Assembly (NCBI GenBank): GCA_013265495.1
Contig: MU058824.1
Coordinates: 2,569,111-2,633,110 of the forward strand
Length of the DNA stretch: 64,000 bases
Direction of reading: 5' to 3'
Source: Vicugna vicugna
Lineage: Eukaryota
Positions within the stretch are counted from its first letter, which is position 1. Each line of letters opens with the position of its first letter. Both the position numbers and the translations under genes were made by a program. The notes below the pieces were generated by a model. That model was not told the origin of the DNA. It searched no databases and saw only the letters and a list, made by a program, of their open reading frames with translations. Shown one piece after another: positions 46,601 to 59,460 of the stretch.

Positions 46601-49600
46601 GATGAAAGAAACTAGTTACAGAATAACACATGGAAGACTGCTGCCTCCCAAACCTGAACAGCCACTCAACATTGTTACGTGGACAAAAATATATACAGTA
46701 TTGTCACTGAACTTTGGGAGTTTAGATGGTACTTCATCATAACCTAATACGTTCACTTAAAACTTGATCACAGGATTAGTTTATACAGGTATCACCCTAG
46801 TACATTAAAAATGAGCAAAAGACAACCTGGCCACTTTTATCTCTCCATTTTGACTCTGCTTTTGACTCAGACATTTTACCCCAGATAATTCTGACCACAT
46901 GAAATGTCTGGATTCTGTGCTTTACTGGTTTTCTGTTTTCAATTTCATAGGTTTCTGCTCTAATTTTTATTACAACTATTTTTTTGCTTACTTAGCATTT
47001 AATTTGTTCTTTTCTTTCCCAGTTTCCTAAGGTGTAAGTTTAGATAATAATTAATTTTAGATCTTTCTTCATTTCTAATAGATATGCTCAATTCTATAAA
47101 TTTCCCTCTAGGCACGGTGCCTCCCACAAATTTTGGTAAGTTGTATTTTCATTTGTTCAAGTAATTTTTAATTTCCCTTAAGATTTTTTTTGGCCCATAT
47201 ATTACTTAGAAGTGTGCTGTTTAATATCTACTGTTTGGGGATTTTCCAATTAACTTTCTGTTACTTATTTCTAGTTTAATTCCACTGAGGTCTGAGAGCA
47301 GACATTGCATGATTTCTAATTTTTTAAAATTTATTAAAGTGTGCTTTATGTTTCAGGATATAGTTTATTTTGGATACTCTTGAGAAGACTGTGTATTCTG
47401 CTATTGCTGGTGAAGTAGTCTATGGATGTCCAAAACACCCAACTGATTGATGGCATTGATTACGGCTCAGATTTTCCTACCTCAGCACTGGTTCCCATGA
47501 GGTTTCTGCTCCATTCTGTCATGATCCTGTCCATCTCTCTAATTTTAGGGGCAAAGGTTTGCTACATGACCTCACTTCTCCTAGGGATCCAAAAAGAGTT
47601 GTTGATTCTTCAGCCTGTTCAGATTTTTACTTGTTGTTAATATGGAGTGGCAGCTTGCAAGCTCTTTACATATGGAAGTGGCAACTGGAAGTCTCCATAA
47701 ATAATTTGATTTTATTTATGAATAATATACACCATGTGGGTAAAAGTGTCCTTGAAATGGTGGAGTTGAAGAACTTTACTTCTCTGATTTACAGACACTC
47801 AATTTTGACCCAGCTTTTACAGAACAACTACTATCCCAGCCCCACCCCATCTATAAAGTAGAAAAGGATTTGCTTAGATCTACTTACAAGGTAAAGGCAG
47901 ATGAAAGCCAACACAGTGGTTCCAATCATTCTGCTCGGGAACTGAAAGCAGGGGTCCCACTCATATATCTTGGTTTGGAACCAAGACTTTTTTCTCTCTC
48001 TGAATGGATAAACACCAAGAGAAGACAGGTTGTGGTTGGTAAACATAGGCTTGATTCTCCTGAAAATAACATCATATCTCCTTCTTTATCTTAGAGTTTA
48101 GTGAAGAAAAAGAGCACTGATTGCACAGTTTTCATTCTCCCCTTGTTCTTAAGAACAGAGACTCAGTTTAATTCAGTACAGCAATTCACCAAATAAAAGG
48201 CTATAGTTCCTGTCCTGTCTTACAGCTAAGAGTGACCAAGACTAAACATGCCACTTAGGAGTGACAGAGGTCGTGGTGTGGGACCTGGGAGAGGCTGGTC
48301 AGATGGAAGTGACACAGCTGGGAGGGTCCCTTTTACCCTCATTCTCTTCTCCCACCTGCCATGTGAAGGCAGTCATGGTGGCTGGTCTAGGCTGGAGCCC
48401 CAGTATCTATCTGGGACCTTGGACAGCCTTCATGATGGAAACGACTAGGTTACTGGAGCAGAAAGACAGATAATGGGTAAACAGCCATGGCAGGTAGTCT
48501 GCGGTTAGTAAAGACTGCCTGCCTCCAGGATTCTTTTACATGAGAAAGAAATCTCTCTTTTATTTGCACCAGGATTATTGTGCATTTTCTGCTATATGTA
48601 GTCAAACGTAGTTCCAACCAAAGAGCTAGCCTTGCTACCATATGACCTTGATTAGACATGTCCTTTTTCTGGGGATTATCCCCTTGTACATAGTGGCAGG
48701 GGTAGGGTGACCGGAACGATCACTGAAAACCAGGTATTTTTGCCTAGCCAGAGCTCTGTCCTCTTTTAGTGGTGACAGCACCTCAGTTTTTCTCAGGGAA
48801 TCTACTCTTCCCCACCACCAGTCTTGGTGGTTCAGTGAGGCAGAACCATTTCCTAGTTCTGGTGGTGAACATGTGACCCAGGTCTAACCATCAGTTTACT
48901 CCAATAACCATAGTTAACTGGTTCTGGGATGGCATGTGGTCCAATGTGATCCAATGAAACACAATCGTGAGACTTTTGTTTGAACTATTAGAAAGAAAAA
49001 TTCTCTTTTCTGTGAGCTTAAACCAGGAGAACATAAGCTTAGAGGTTCTGGGGGCCAGCATGGGGAGGAAGCCTACCTAACTATGACGCTAACACAGATA
49101 AAAGTAGAGCTGAGAGAGGAGGGAAAGAGACTGAGTTCTGATGGGATCAATTAAGCCCCCATCCACCTGGGTCTGAAACTCTAGACGTTTTAATTATGTA
49201 CAGCCATAACTTTCCTTTTTCCCTTTAATCCTGTTTGAGTTGCGTTTCTGCTATTAGCAAACAAGAGATCTCAAAGAGTGCCCTTCCAGTCACCTCTGGG
49301 TCTCTGATACCATCAGGGCTCATGTATGCTGGTGCAAACACTGGGGTGGGGGGAAAACCAACACAACTGTGCTTACTGCAGGGGCCGCTTCCTCAGGAGC
49401 TGCTTGACACGCTCTGCCTGGTGAGCTTCCAGGAAAGGCTTTTCCTCCTGTGAGAAAGGAGAGAGGTTTATGCTTTGGCCCACAAATTCTTGTTAGGGTT
49501 TTGGTCTCTTTGAGGGGCTATTGCCATAGAGGCCAGGATTAGAGGTAAAACGTGCTCTTCGGGGTTGAGTCATTCCCAGACACCTGTCATTTATGGAAGA

Positions 49601-52600
49601 GACAGTAGGGACCCATCTCCTGTTTAGCAAGCACTTGCTTCCAAGTAATGCTAGGGGTCTCTGACTCACTGCTCACACCAGCCATGCTTTTGTGAAGTTG
49701 TTTTTTCACTTTGAGATTTGGTGATTTCTCATCATAGTCCAAAACATTGTTTCAGGGATGAAACACCTCAATTCCCAGGTTTTTATTTTTTATGCGTAGG
49801 AATTTCTCTTGCTCATTTCTTATTCTGCAGTATTTATGTTTTCTCCAAGTGTAATGAGCTTTCCGCAATAGTCATTCTTTTTGCCCATAAACTGAATATG
49901 TAAATTTTATACACTATGAGACAAAATCTTATACATCGCAGATGTTGGGAAGAGTACAAGAGTACAAAGAGTCCGGTTAGGACTCTGCCTGGCGAGCGAC
50001 ATTAGCAAGCTGGAGAAGTAGGAGGTTCCAGCCCCCACATCCCCTCAGAAACACTAGTTTTGACCACCATTCACAGGGGAGAGTATCTCTGAGGGGATTC
50101 AAGTGTCCAGCTGGGCCCAAGGGGAGTTCACCTTACAGCACTCAAGTCAAGCAAAAACCCCAAAATAGTTGCATTAAAAAGGGTAAGAAAAACAGTTTCA
50201 CTTCACCAACATCACTCCTCCTCCAAAGCAGTATAGCTCAGTGCATAGGGAGAAGCCCCTCTTAGCCTGCAATTTCTCCCATGAGGGAGAGTTAAAGTGA
50301 AGTAAGGGCCCAGCTTCCCCAGCCTTGTGGGTCACGCCCAGCTGGTCCATTCCTGTATCACACCACTCAGAACACTGAGGGGGTCAGCATGGCTGAACAC
50401 TCTGGGGAAAGCTGGGATCAGGGAAATGGGGCAGGGGAGTCCCAGAAGGAACAGAGAAAGAGAAAGGGGCATAAAGCTCATATAAAAAAATAATGACAGA
50501 AAGCTTCCCTAATCTGGGGAGGAAAACAAACATCCAGATCCATGAAACCCCAAGAATCCAAAACAGACTGAATACATAGAGGTCTTCACCAAGATACATT
50601 ATAATCAAAATGTCAAAAGTCAATGACAAAGAGAGAATTTTGAAAGTACAAAGTATGTATTCTTTCATACAAGGGGACCCCTTTATGGATATCAGGGAAT
50701 TTCTCAGTAGAATCCTTGCAGTCCAGGAGACAGTGGGATGATATAGTCAAAACACAGAAAGAAAAAACCTGCCGGCAACGAATACTACACTTGTCAAAAC
50801 TGTCCTTCAGAAAAGGAGAGATAAAGACTTTCCCAGGCAAACAAAAACTGAGGTAATTTATTACCACTAGATCTGTCTACCAAAAATGTTTAAGTGAGTT
50901 CTTCAAGTTGAAATAAAACGATGCTAATCAGCAACATGAAAATATATGGAAGTATAAAAATCACTGATAATAGTTAAGTATATTGTCAAATTCAGAATAC
51001 TCTAATACTGTAATAGTGGAGCATAAATCACTTTTACCTCTAGTATAAAAGTTAAAAGACAAGAGTATGAAAAGCAACTACAACTATAACGATTTGTTAC
51101 TGGTTAAACAATATAAATTACTGTATTATTATATATTATGTATTAATAAATTATATCTCTAACATATTAAACAATATAAAATTTTATATAATATAAAAAT
51201 AAAAACTACTACATATACAAAAGATTAAGGAATCAAAGCATACCTCTACAAAAAATCATCACATCACAAAGGAAGCAAGAAAGGAAGAAGGAATTACAAA
51301 AGTCAGAAGACAATGAACAAAATGGCAGTTTTAAGTCCTTATCTGTCAAATAATTACTTTAAATGCAAATGTGTTAAATTCTCCAATCAAAAGACACTGA
51401 GTGGCTAAATGGATTTTTTAAAATTCCACAGATAGGCAATCTACAAGAGACACACTTTAGCTTTAAAGACACACACACGTTGAAACTAAAAGGATGGAAA
51501 AAGATATTTCATACAAATGGCAACCAAAATAGAGAAGTATGGCTATACAAACAAAAACAGACTTTAAGTCAAAAACTATCACAAGAAACAAATAAGGTCA
51601 TTATATAATGATAAAAAGGTCAAACCATCAAGAGGCTATAAAAATTGTAAACATATGAGCATGTAACATCAGAGCACCTAAATATATAAAGTAAATATAA
51701 GCAGAAGTGAAGGAAGAAATAAACAGCAACACAATAATAGTAGGGGACTTCAACACCACATTTTCAACAACAGATAGCTAATTCAACGAAGCAGCAGCTG
51801 ACTTGAGCAATACTATAGACCAAACAGACATATATAGAACATTCCATCCAACAATAGCAGAATATATATTCTTCTCTAAAGTGTTTTCCAGGATGGATCA
51901 TACATTAAGCCAGAAAACAAGTTCTTAAATTTAAGAAAACTGAAACCATGTCAAGCATCTTTTCTGACCATGATGCTATAAAGCTAGACATTAGTAACAG
52001 GAGGAAAACTGGAATTCACACACAATACACTCCTGAACGACCAATGGGTCAGAGAAAAAAAAATCAAAAGGGAAATCAAAAAATGTCTTGAAACAAATGA
52101 AAATAGAGAAACAACATACCAAAATTTATGGGATGCAGCAAAAGCAGTTCTAAGAGGGAAGTGTACAGCAGTAAATGCCTACATTAAGAGGGAAAAAAAA
52201 AGATCTCATACAAACCACCTAACTTTTTACCATAAAGAACCAGAAAACAAAGCACAGTGGGTGAGAGAGAGCCTCAACAACTAAACTGGGTTTGCAACTC
52301 ACATCTGTGGGTCCAAGCTTCCTAATGCAGAATGGGAGAAATAACAATAGGACCTACCTCACAAGGCTGTTGTGAAAATGTAACCTGTCAGGACACACAC
52401 TGTGTTTTTACCTAGTACTCACCATCGGGAGCTCCCAGCCCAGGTGGACCCTCAGAGACTTGACAAACATGAGCAGGAAGCGGCCCAGCAGGAAGGCCAG
52501 GCACAGCAGTGAGGGCCAGTAGAACATGACAGTCTCATACTTCCCCACAAACTGCAACAGAAGCAGAGCACGGAGCACGGGCCTTAGGTGGGCAGGGCCA

Positions 52601-55600
52601 GGCCACCGGTGAAGGAATCCACCTGTCCCAGCCCGCGGCCACCAGGGCCCACTCTCTCAGAGCTTGGAGGTCAGTAGCCAATCCCTGGATTCAAGACCAT
52701 GATTTTTAACTAGTAAGTCGTGTTAGCCCCTGAGCCTTGCTTCCCTAGCAGTGAACTGGGATGGCACTGACACACTGTCGCCAAAATGTCTTGAGGATTC
52801 TCCAGTTAGTGATTGGGACAGAACCTTGAACAAACGCCTGGCATACAGCAATTCTTAGTGTTAGTGATTCTCAGCATGCAAGTGAGACCCTGCCCCCTCC
52901 CTCAATTCACCATGAATATTTAGAATTTAAAAAAAAAAAACACACTGGAAGACTGAAAGCTTTCCAAGACTCCAAAAAAAGTAGCTATGATCTGGAAAAT
53001 CTGACAAAATAATCTCAATCCCAGAGCAGAGATGCAGAGGGAAGGCCCAGCCTCCAAGTCTCATTTTCTAATCTGACTCTCCCAGACTCTCTTTATTATA
53101 CCCTTTAATCCTCCACAGTTACCAAAGCCCAGGAAAGGCTTTGGCAAGGCTCCCGTGGGCTCCTGGCCCAGGTGGCCTTCTTGTACTCCCCTCACCAGCC
53201 TAGTAACACTTCTAGGTGCAATGTGACACCCCTCTTTCATTTTGCTCCTTTACCTGGGGTACAAATGAACTAGCTTCCTCTAATTCTGAGAAAGACAATG
53301 CATGGCAAAGGGAAAAGTGATTCATCTAGTCTGAGTCACCCATTTTACAGACAGAGAAACTGAGGCTATTTGAAGATGTGGAAAGAAATGAGCTTTGGAG
53401 TCAGCCAGACCTGGTCTCACCTCCCAAATCTGCTGCTTCTCAAGAGTTATATAATACACTTGCACCTGAGTTTCCTCACCTGTAAAACAGGTTTGCTGAG
53501 AGCTTCCCTATGTTGAGGGGCCACTGTGGGCATCAGCTGAGAGAACACCTTCTGTGAATGAGGAGCTAACGAACATAAGATGCTCTACAATGGAAGAATC
53601 ATGAATGGCCCCAGCTCCCCCTTCTGTCCACATGAGGAAGCTATGGCCCAGAGTGGCAAAGTCTTGTCCGAGGTCACACAGCAAGCTGGCCATGGTGATA
53701 GGACTGAACACCCTAACCACATCTAGGCGGGGACTCACCTGACCGTGAGGACACTGTGTGATATGAAGGACAGTGACAGCAAACCTGCAGGACAGAAATA
53801 GGGTTGAGGCCCTAGGGTCTTTCCCGGCACAGCCCCTGTGAAAATAGCCCAGATCCCACCAGCCTGGAGTTACCTACCCCTCCCCCCACTTCTTAGGAGG
53901 GCTGGTTCCCAGGCCTCCAGAAATGAATTTTCCTACAACCCTAACTTCTGGGAATATTCTAATCATGAGCAGCCTCCTATGGAGCAGACAGAATGCTGGC
54001 CTGACCTTCTGAAGCCTCAAGTGCAGCCCCAAGGAGAGGCCACAGTGGGACCTTGGACCAGTCACTCCGCCCACCCTCCCTCAGTTCTGGGCAAGGTGCC
54101 CTCCAAGGAGAGCTCTCGGGTCACCTCCAGCCCACTGTCCAGAGTTCAGCCACGGCCAAAGGAACTGGAGGAGGGCAGGCAGGCAGAGTCCATCTTACCA
54201 GGTGAGAGAGTAGCCGAAGCCCAGGACGGAGCTGACCAGCCGGAACTCCGAGGAAAGGCAGGCAAAGAAGGGGAAGTGGGACAGGCCGACTTCGATGCCT
54301 CCAATCAGAAGCACAAAGGCTGGGAGACACAGGACCAGAGACGCTGTGAGTTCTTCTTCTCCTGGGCTCGGGGGAGTCCCAGGGCAGGTATGGGGCTTCA
54401 TGTGACTTGCAGTCACAGACTTCAGGACTCGAGGAGGTAAGTGGACAAGCCCAGCTCAGCCCAAGAAAGAATGCAGGGAATGTCTTTCATGCATACACAC
54501 CACAGACCCTTTCTGGTACCTCTTCCATGCCAGGCACTATTGAGATGAAGAGTTGGTTCCTGCCCTTGATTAGCTCACAGTGTGTTGGGCAGAAACAGAT
54601 AACATAAATAAACAAACAAAAATCACTGGGAGGTAAAGGACTATAAAGTGTCCCACAGCAACACAGAAAGCAGTGATGCGCTGTGTTCTAAAACCTCTTG
54701 TAAACTGATGTGTACTTTATACACAAGACAATGATAATATTCATGCTGTCACTGACTAGCTCTGAGATGATCTAACAGGATCCAGTAAAATCTAATTGGA
54801 CAAGGTGGCCTTTCCTAAGTGTCTGCTTTGAGCTGGGTCTTGGGCTAGGCACTAAGGACACAGGAGGAATGAACAAAGACTGACCATGTGTTGTCAAGGA
54901 CACAGAGAAACTGAAACTCTCATATACCAATGGTGGTAATCTAATATGGAACAATAACTTGGAAACTAGTTTGATGGTTCTTAAAAAGTACGATCTACTA
55001 TATGATCTATATAATCCAGCCATTCCCCTCAAAGGTATTTACCCAAGAAAAATAGAAATGCATAAAGATGCATAACGCTCATAGCAGCTTCACTTGCGAT
55101 AGCCAAAAACTGGAAATAAATCAAATGCCTATCGCCAGGTGAATGGATAAACAAACTGTTGTTATCTCCGTATGGTGGAACACTACTCAGAAATGAAAAA
55201 GCAGTGATTTCTGATACATGCTAAATAGGTGTCAATCTCAAAATAGCTATTCTGTGTGAAAGAAAACAGACCTCCCTCCCCCACACAAAAAAGATCACAA
55301 GTGCATTCTGATGATTCCATTTATATAGTTGTCTGGGGATGGGGGGCAGTGACAGGATAGGGGTGGGAGAGAGTACAATGGGGAAAAGGTTAACTTCTTG
55401 GGTTCATTATCTTGATTGTGGTGGTGACTGACAGTTCACAAAGGTCATCCCCTGATCCCAGAGAACCCGTGCCATGAGGTCTCTGAAAGCACAAATTTCC
55501 ATGGCAAAATTCCTAGCAGGTGTGAGGTAGCCCACATACCTTGGGCCCACTGCGGGACCTGCAGGGGCTGGTAGCCTTCTGAGAACAAGAACATGACCTT

Positions 55601-57881
55601 ATTGGCTGTGGCCCCAAAGGCGACTCCATAGGACCATCGGTTACTAAAAGTGCCCACGAAGTCCAGAGGTCTGTGAGTCAGAGAAGCAACACATGAGACC
55701 AAAAGGTGGCTCATTCCCACAGTTCACCTCCAAGTATCAACCCCACTCTAAGGGGGGATTCTTGGGCGGTGGACTGTTCATTTCAGCTCACATATCCTGA
55801 GGCCCTCTGTGCTGATTCTCGGGCTAGGCATGGCTTCAGGGTACTGAAGTAAGGAAGACAAAATCCTTGTCCTTGACAAGCTCTGAGTCTAAGGGGACAC
55901 AGTAAGGACATCAGGAGCCATGACAGTAAGCGAAATAGGATGAGTTTCATCCACAAGAGACACAGGCATATGACTTGGGGGCCAAAACTAGAAGTATGTC
56001 CCAGACAGTGGAGGTGCCTGCCCCACCCCCTGGCCATGGTCTGTGAGAGTTCTTCTTTCCAACATCCCTGAGAAGGTCTGGGTATCACTGGCTGTGCTGG
56101 TTACATGTGATCACACCTTCCTGGCCACAGCTGACTGGACTATGGGTGACTACTGGACTTTGGATGAGCCAGTCAGATGCCTGGTCTTCTATTCTGTCTG
56201 AGGACAGGAGCCAGTTAGCTGTTAAAATTCTGTTCTGGAAAGTCATGTCAAGTAGGGTCCTGCCTGGGGCTCCTCAGGGCCAAGTTCATATCTAGGCTTT
56301 AGTGATTGCTCATTTAGTGAACCATAAACTCCTCTGGGGTGGGAGCCTAGTACAGGACCTTGAAAAGGGTAGGTGCTCACTGTATGTTCATGGACACACA
56401 TTTTGTTGAACTGAATTAGATTCCAATGAATCCCACCTGTAGGAATTAAGTGCTACTTGAGACTCAGTTCACCCATCTTTAGAACAGAAATGACACCCCA
56501 GCTCTGTTCGTATCACAGAAACACTGTGGATGGCAAATGAAGCACTGCTTTATAAACTGTGGAGTGCCATGCACATGCGAGGGGGTATTCATGAGTGAAG
56601 GGGTGAGCCAAAACTACTCAGAAAAGCAGGGGTTTGGATAAGAAGGTGACCAGAGAGCAAGCAAACTGTGCCATTATCCACTTAACTCAAAGCAGTTTAA
56701 CACGATGCATATAGGGGTCTCACTTTAAGAAGTCCTGCACTAGGCCCTACATCCAAATGCCCAGGACAGTCTGCAGATCTTCTTTATCCACCAGCCTCAG
56801 ACTCTGTGCTTCAGCCAATGTGCTTAGACCTGGCAGTTGGGGTCTGACTGCTCTGATGAGCGGGATCCAGAACGTCTGCTACTCGGAGCTGGTATATGTG
56901 GTCCTCGGACATCGCCGTTGGCTTTTCTCTCACCCTGAAGCCAGGGTCACCCCTAGCCTCTGCCCTGACATCCTGGCTTCCCCTCCCTTCTCCAGAGCCC
57001 AAGGCTGAGATCTCAGCATGTTCATATCCATGAGTCTGCTGAGGTTATGACACTGGGGAATTCAGAGCAACAGCAACCAGACCTGGGTTAAAACTCCTGT
57101 CGCCTGGTAGCTCTGTGGCCTTGGGCAGGTTACTCAGCTTCTCTGAGCCTGAGCTTACTCATCCATTACAGGAAGATAACAACCTCTGCCATGCTGGGGT
57201 CCATCCTAGTCATGTAGGCAAAGCAAATGGCTCAGTGCCTGGGTCACAGTCAGTGTGTGACAGATGCTAACTGCATCATAACTATTATTATTAATTAGAA
57301 GGTGATTAGGCAGAGATATGAACAATTACAACTCAAGGGAAAATGTAAGGGGAGCAGAGACTCAGATTGGCAGAGCTGGAAGGGCCCTGAAAGCTCCCTG
57401 GCCCAGCAGGCTCTCCTAGGGCATGACACCTGCCTCCATCCCAGCAAAAAAGCTTCTTGCCACCAGAGACAGAGAACTCTCCCTGCTCCTTCCTGGGGAA
57501 GCCATGGTGCTGAGTGTGGGCAGGCCTTTCTCACAGTGAGCTGAGCCTTCTTGAAATGTCTTAAGTACATCTGGGCAGCCTTGGGTGCTGAGAGCACAAT
57601 GGCTTGGAAGCCAGTTTTGCACTCTGAGCTTTGGGTAGGCTAGGGCAAGGAGGGGCAGGGCTGTCCATGGTGGGGTAGAGGTGCGTGGGGAGGGAACTGG
57701 GAGCTGTCCTGGCCTTACAAATGGTGTGGGCCCCACACAGAGTACCCCAAGCGGAAGTGATGGACCTCAGCTCAACTCACATGATCATGCCGAAGTGGTT
57801 CCCCAGAAGGTGAGAAGTGTCATCTCTCTGTCTACAGTGCTCTTGTCTTTGGAGAAGGGATAAGACGAAAATGATGAAAAG
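31534..57881 (-). CDS. STRA6L: STRA6-like protein / RBP4 receptor 2 (RBPR2); 16 coding exons, 1770 nt = 589 aa + stop; first coding exon(s) not seen in the window
   Basis: Spliced translation [15 protein letters not shown]...[15 protein letters not shown]...[15 protein letters not shown]...[27 protein letters not shown]...[20 protein letters not shown]...SSEI* matches recalled mouse Stra6l. It has multiple hydrophobic TM segments, all introns are GT..AG and the frame is intact. Confidence 0.95.
32379..32525 (-). CDS. STRA6L: STRA6L exon ([26 protein letters not shown]...LNQSA)
   Basis: ttcag|GG ... G|gtaagt; 147 nt. Confidence 0.93.
33254..33417 (-). CDS. STRA6L: STRA6L exon ([20 protein letters not shown]...GYEGADM)
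   Basis: tgcag|G ... G|gtacgt; 164 nt. Confidence 0.93.
33717..34349 (+). pseudogene. Orphan polyadenylated retro-insertion (3'UTR-like retrocopy or L1 3' transduction)
   Basis: AATAAA at 34306-34311; poly(A) from 34329; perfect TSD aagaaacctcatgtg at 33702-33716 and 34350-34364. Confidence 0.8.
33842..34070 (+). mobile_element. Young lineage-specific L1 3' end, nested inside a retro-insert
   Basis: L1 3'UTR 'gggacagactgggatttcaaaatgtagaatagataaacaag...gactataactcaataaaaaaa'; TSD aaaa(a/c)gctaaagctcta at 33825-33841 and 34071-34087. Confidence 0.88.
35347..35466 (-). CDS. STRA6L: STRA6L exon ([25 protein letters not shown]...PLALNN)
   Basis: ttcag|C ... AG|gtgagg; 120 nt. Confidence 0.93.
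36548..36665 (-). CDS. STRA6L: STRA6L exon ([27 protein letters not shown]...GLGIG)
   Basis: cacag|GC ... AC|gtgagt; 118 nt. Confidence 0.93.
37088..37136 (-). CDS. STRA6L: STRA6L exon ([16 protein letters not shown])
   Basis: ctcag|GTG ... G|gtgagt; 49 nt. Confidence 0.93.
37466..37547 (-). CDS. STRA6L: STRA6L exon ([27 protein letters not shown])
   Basis: tctag|A ... GTG|gtaagt; 82 nt. Confidence 0.93.
37700..38600 (-). mobile_element. LINE-1 3' end
   Basis: Minus-strand [21 protein letters not shown]...[13 protein letters not shown] followed by an L1 3'UTR. Confidence 0.9.
39040..39265. mobile_element. hAT MITE fragment (MER33/MER3-like)
   Basis: 'tgttgggttaaacaaaatatattattaaa...gtggctattagaaaatacaaaattgcatttgtgg...ggcagcac'. 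Confidence 0.6.
40690..40765 (-). CDS. STRA6L: STRA6L exon ([24 protein letters not shown])
   Basis: tccag|GA ... AG|gtaagg; 76 nt. Confidence 0.92.
41305..43510 (+). mobile_element. Old L1M LINE-1, 3' part
   Basis: Degenerate ORF2 ('gcagaaaaagcatttga', 'atagatcaatggaataaattgagaatccagaagtaaac') followed by a 3'UTR. Confidence 0.9.
44646..45027 (+). mobile_element. MaLR LTR (MLT1A/B-like)
   Basis: 'aaaccctaatccctaatgtga...ggctttgggaggtaattag...ccagaactgtgagaagtaaatgtttgctgtt...ttgttatagcagcctgaactaag'. Confidence 0.85.
45403..45556 (-). CDS. STRA6L: STRA6L exon ([36 protein letters not shown]...ISVTK)
   Basis: cccag|TTC ... G|gtaaaa; 154 nt. Confidence 0.93.
47888..47999 (-). CDS. STRA6L: STRA6L exon ([37 protein letters not shown])
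   Basis: ttcag|A ... CTT|gtaagt; 112 nt. Confidence 0.93.
49377..49447 (-). CDS. STRA6L: STRA6L exon ([23 protein letters not shown])
   Basis: cacag|GAG ... CA|gtaagc; 71 nt. Confidence 0.9.
49960..52250 (+). mobile_element. Old LINE-1 fragment (5'UTR-like part, ORF1 C-terminal half, ORF2 endonuclease region)
   Basis: ORF1-like 'gaaagcttccctaatctgg...catccagatccatgaa'; endonuclease-like 'atagtaggggacttcaacacc' and 'aaaatttatgggatgcagcaaaagcagttctaagagggaag'. Confidence 0.85.
52423..52551 (-). CDS. STRA6L: STRA6L exon ([25 protein letters not shown]...WELPM)
   Basis: tgcag|TTT ... ATG|gtgagt; 129 nt. Confidence 0.92.
53739..53784 (-). CDS. STRA6L: STRA6L exon ([15 protein letters not shown])
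   Basis: tgcag|G ... CAG|gtgagt; 46 nt. Confidence 0.92.
54199..54319 (-). CDS. STRA6L: STRA6L exon ([21 protein letters not shown]...GYSLT)
   Basis: cccag|CC ... TG|gtaaga; 121 nt. Confidence 0.93.
55540..55670 (-). CDS. STRA6L: STRA6L exon ([15 protein letters not shown]...VPQWAQ)
   Basis: cacag|A ... G|gtatgt; 131 nt. Confidence 0.93.
57781..57881 (-). CDS. STRA6L: STRA6L exon ([33 protein letters not shown])
   Basis: tacag|CTT ... AT|gtgagt; 101 nt. Confidence 0.92.
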
Positions 57882-58179
57882 CTGTAGAAAGAGAAGATGA
57901 GTCTGTCAGAGGGATATTCATCCTCAGCCTGTCAGTGCCCTTGTTGATGGAAAGTGTAGGGATGAGAAGAATACTCAGAACGTCTGGGACTCAAACTCCA
58001 GACTCAGGGAGCTGGCTGAATGCACCCGTGAGCTTCCAGAATATTTTGTGTTGCCCTGAACAGACATGGGTTCAAATCTATTCTCTCCCACTTTCTGGCT
58101 GGGAGGGAGACAACTTCTCTGAACCTCATTGTTCTCATCTATAAAAAAGAGGTAATTCCTGTCAGGTTGCAAACCCTTC

Positions 58180-59460
58180 TTTGCTTCTTACTCCTGTGGA
58201 TTCAGTCATATTCTCATAGACTTGATGCCCCTTTCCTCACTTTCTTTTACTAGAAACTTCCTGAAAATGAACTCACTTGCTGTTCCCATTTTCTCATCTC
58301 TCACTTGCTCTTCAACCCCCTAACCTGGCTTCTACCCTCATGATGCCACAGAAGCAGTTCTGGCCAAAGTCACTAATTACCACCTTGTTGCTCAATCTGA
58401 ATGTAAACTCTAAGATCAACTCTGCTTGACCTCTCAGCAGCATCCACAGCACTGACCTCTTCCTCCTCTTAGAAACACCCTCTTCGCTACTCTTCCATCA
58501 ACCATGCTTTGCTGGGTTTCTTCCAGTACTTCTCAGGCTCCTTTGCTGGATCATTCTTTATCCAACTACTAGATGTGAAGTTCCTCATGGTTCAATCCAA
58601 GGACCACTCCTCTTGCTCCCCAAGCCTCTCTTGGCAATCTCATCCATGCTCATGCTTTCAGGGGCCACCAAACACACACGAGATTCACAAACTTGAATCT
58701 GCAGCCCAGACTTGGTCCAGAATTGTACTTTCAACTACATGATTGGCATTTCTTTTGAATGTGTTGAAAGTATCTCAACTTTAGTATGTCTTAAATGGAA
58801 CTCATGATTTTCCTCTCTGTCCTGTTCCTTCATCCACACCAAACTTGGAGCTCTTCTAATTTCCCTTAACAAGTGAATGGCAGGTACCACCATCCGTCCA
58901 GCTGTGCAAGTGAGAAACCCAAGAGTCACCCTCAGCTTCTCCCTCTCCTCTCCTCTCTATCCAATGCATTACCAAGTCCTATTGCTTTTACCACCTGAAC
59001 TCTCAAGTCAACCACCATCATCCAGGAGGAGGTAAAACTACCTCACTCAGACCCCCTGCAACCATCTCCCAATTAGTCTCCCTGCCATCTCTCTTGCCTG
59101 CCTCCAACCTGATCCCCACAGTGCAACCAGAGTGATCGTTTCAACACATAAGTCTGACCCCACCACCCCAAGCTGGAAACACTCGAATTACTTCCCGCTG
59201 TGTTTAAAACAAGGACAAAACTCCTTCACAAGGGGACTGGCCCTGGTCCTGCTCACCTCTCCAGATACCTCTACCTCAATTCTCCATTCCAGCTCTGCTG
59301 GCCCCCTCAGCTCCTCACCCCCCACCCCACGCTCCTTCCCCCCACAGGGCCTTTGCGTGTACTCTCCTCTCTGCCCAAAATGCTCTTTACTACATCTTCC
59401 AACAGACCTTAGCTCTGTCACCGCTTCCTCAGAAAAGCCTTTTCTTATTCCCCTAAAAGT
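58180..59460 (-). mobile_element. Ancient LINE-2 fragment
   Basis: Pyrimidine-rich L2-type text ('cttgacctctcagcagcat', 'cccacagggcctttgc'). Confidence 0.6.

Noticed and set aside
53838..54440. 200-aa plus-strand ORF
   Set aside because: It is the antisense shadow of a STRA6L exon and intron, starts at GTG and has no recognisable domain.
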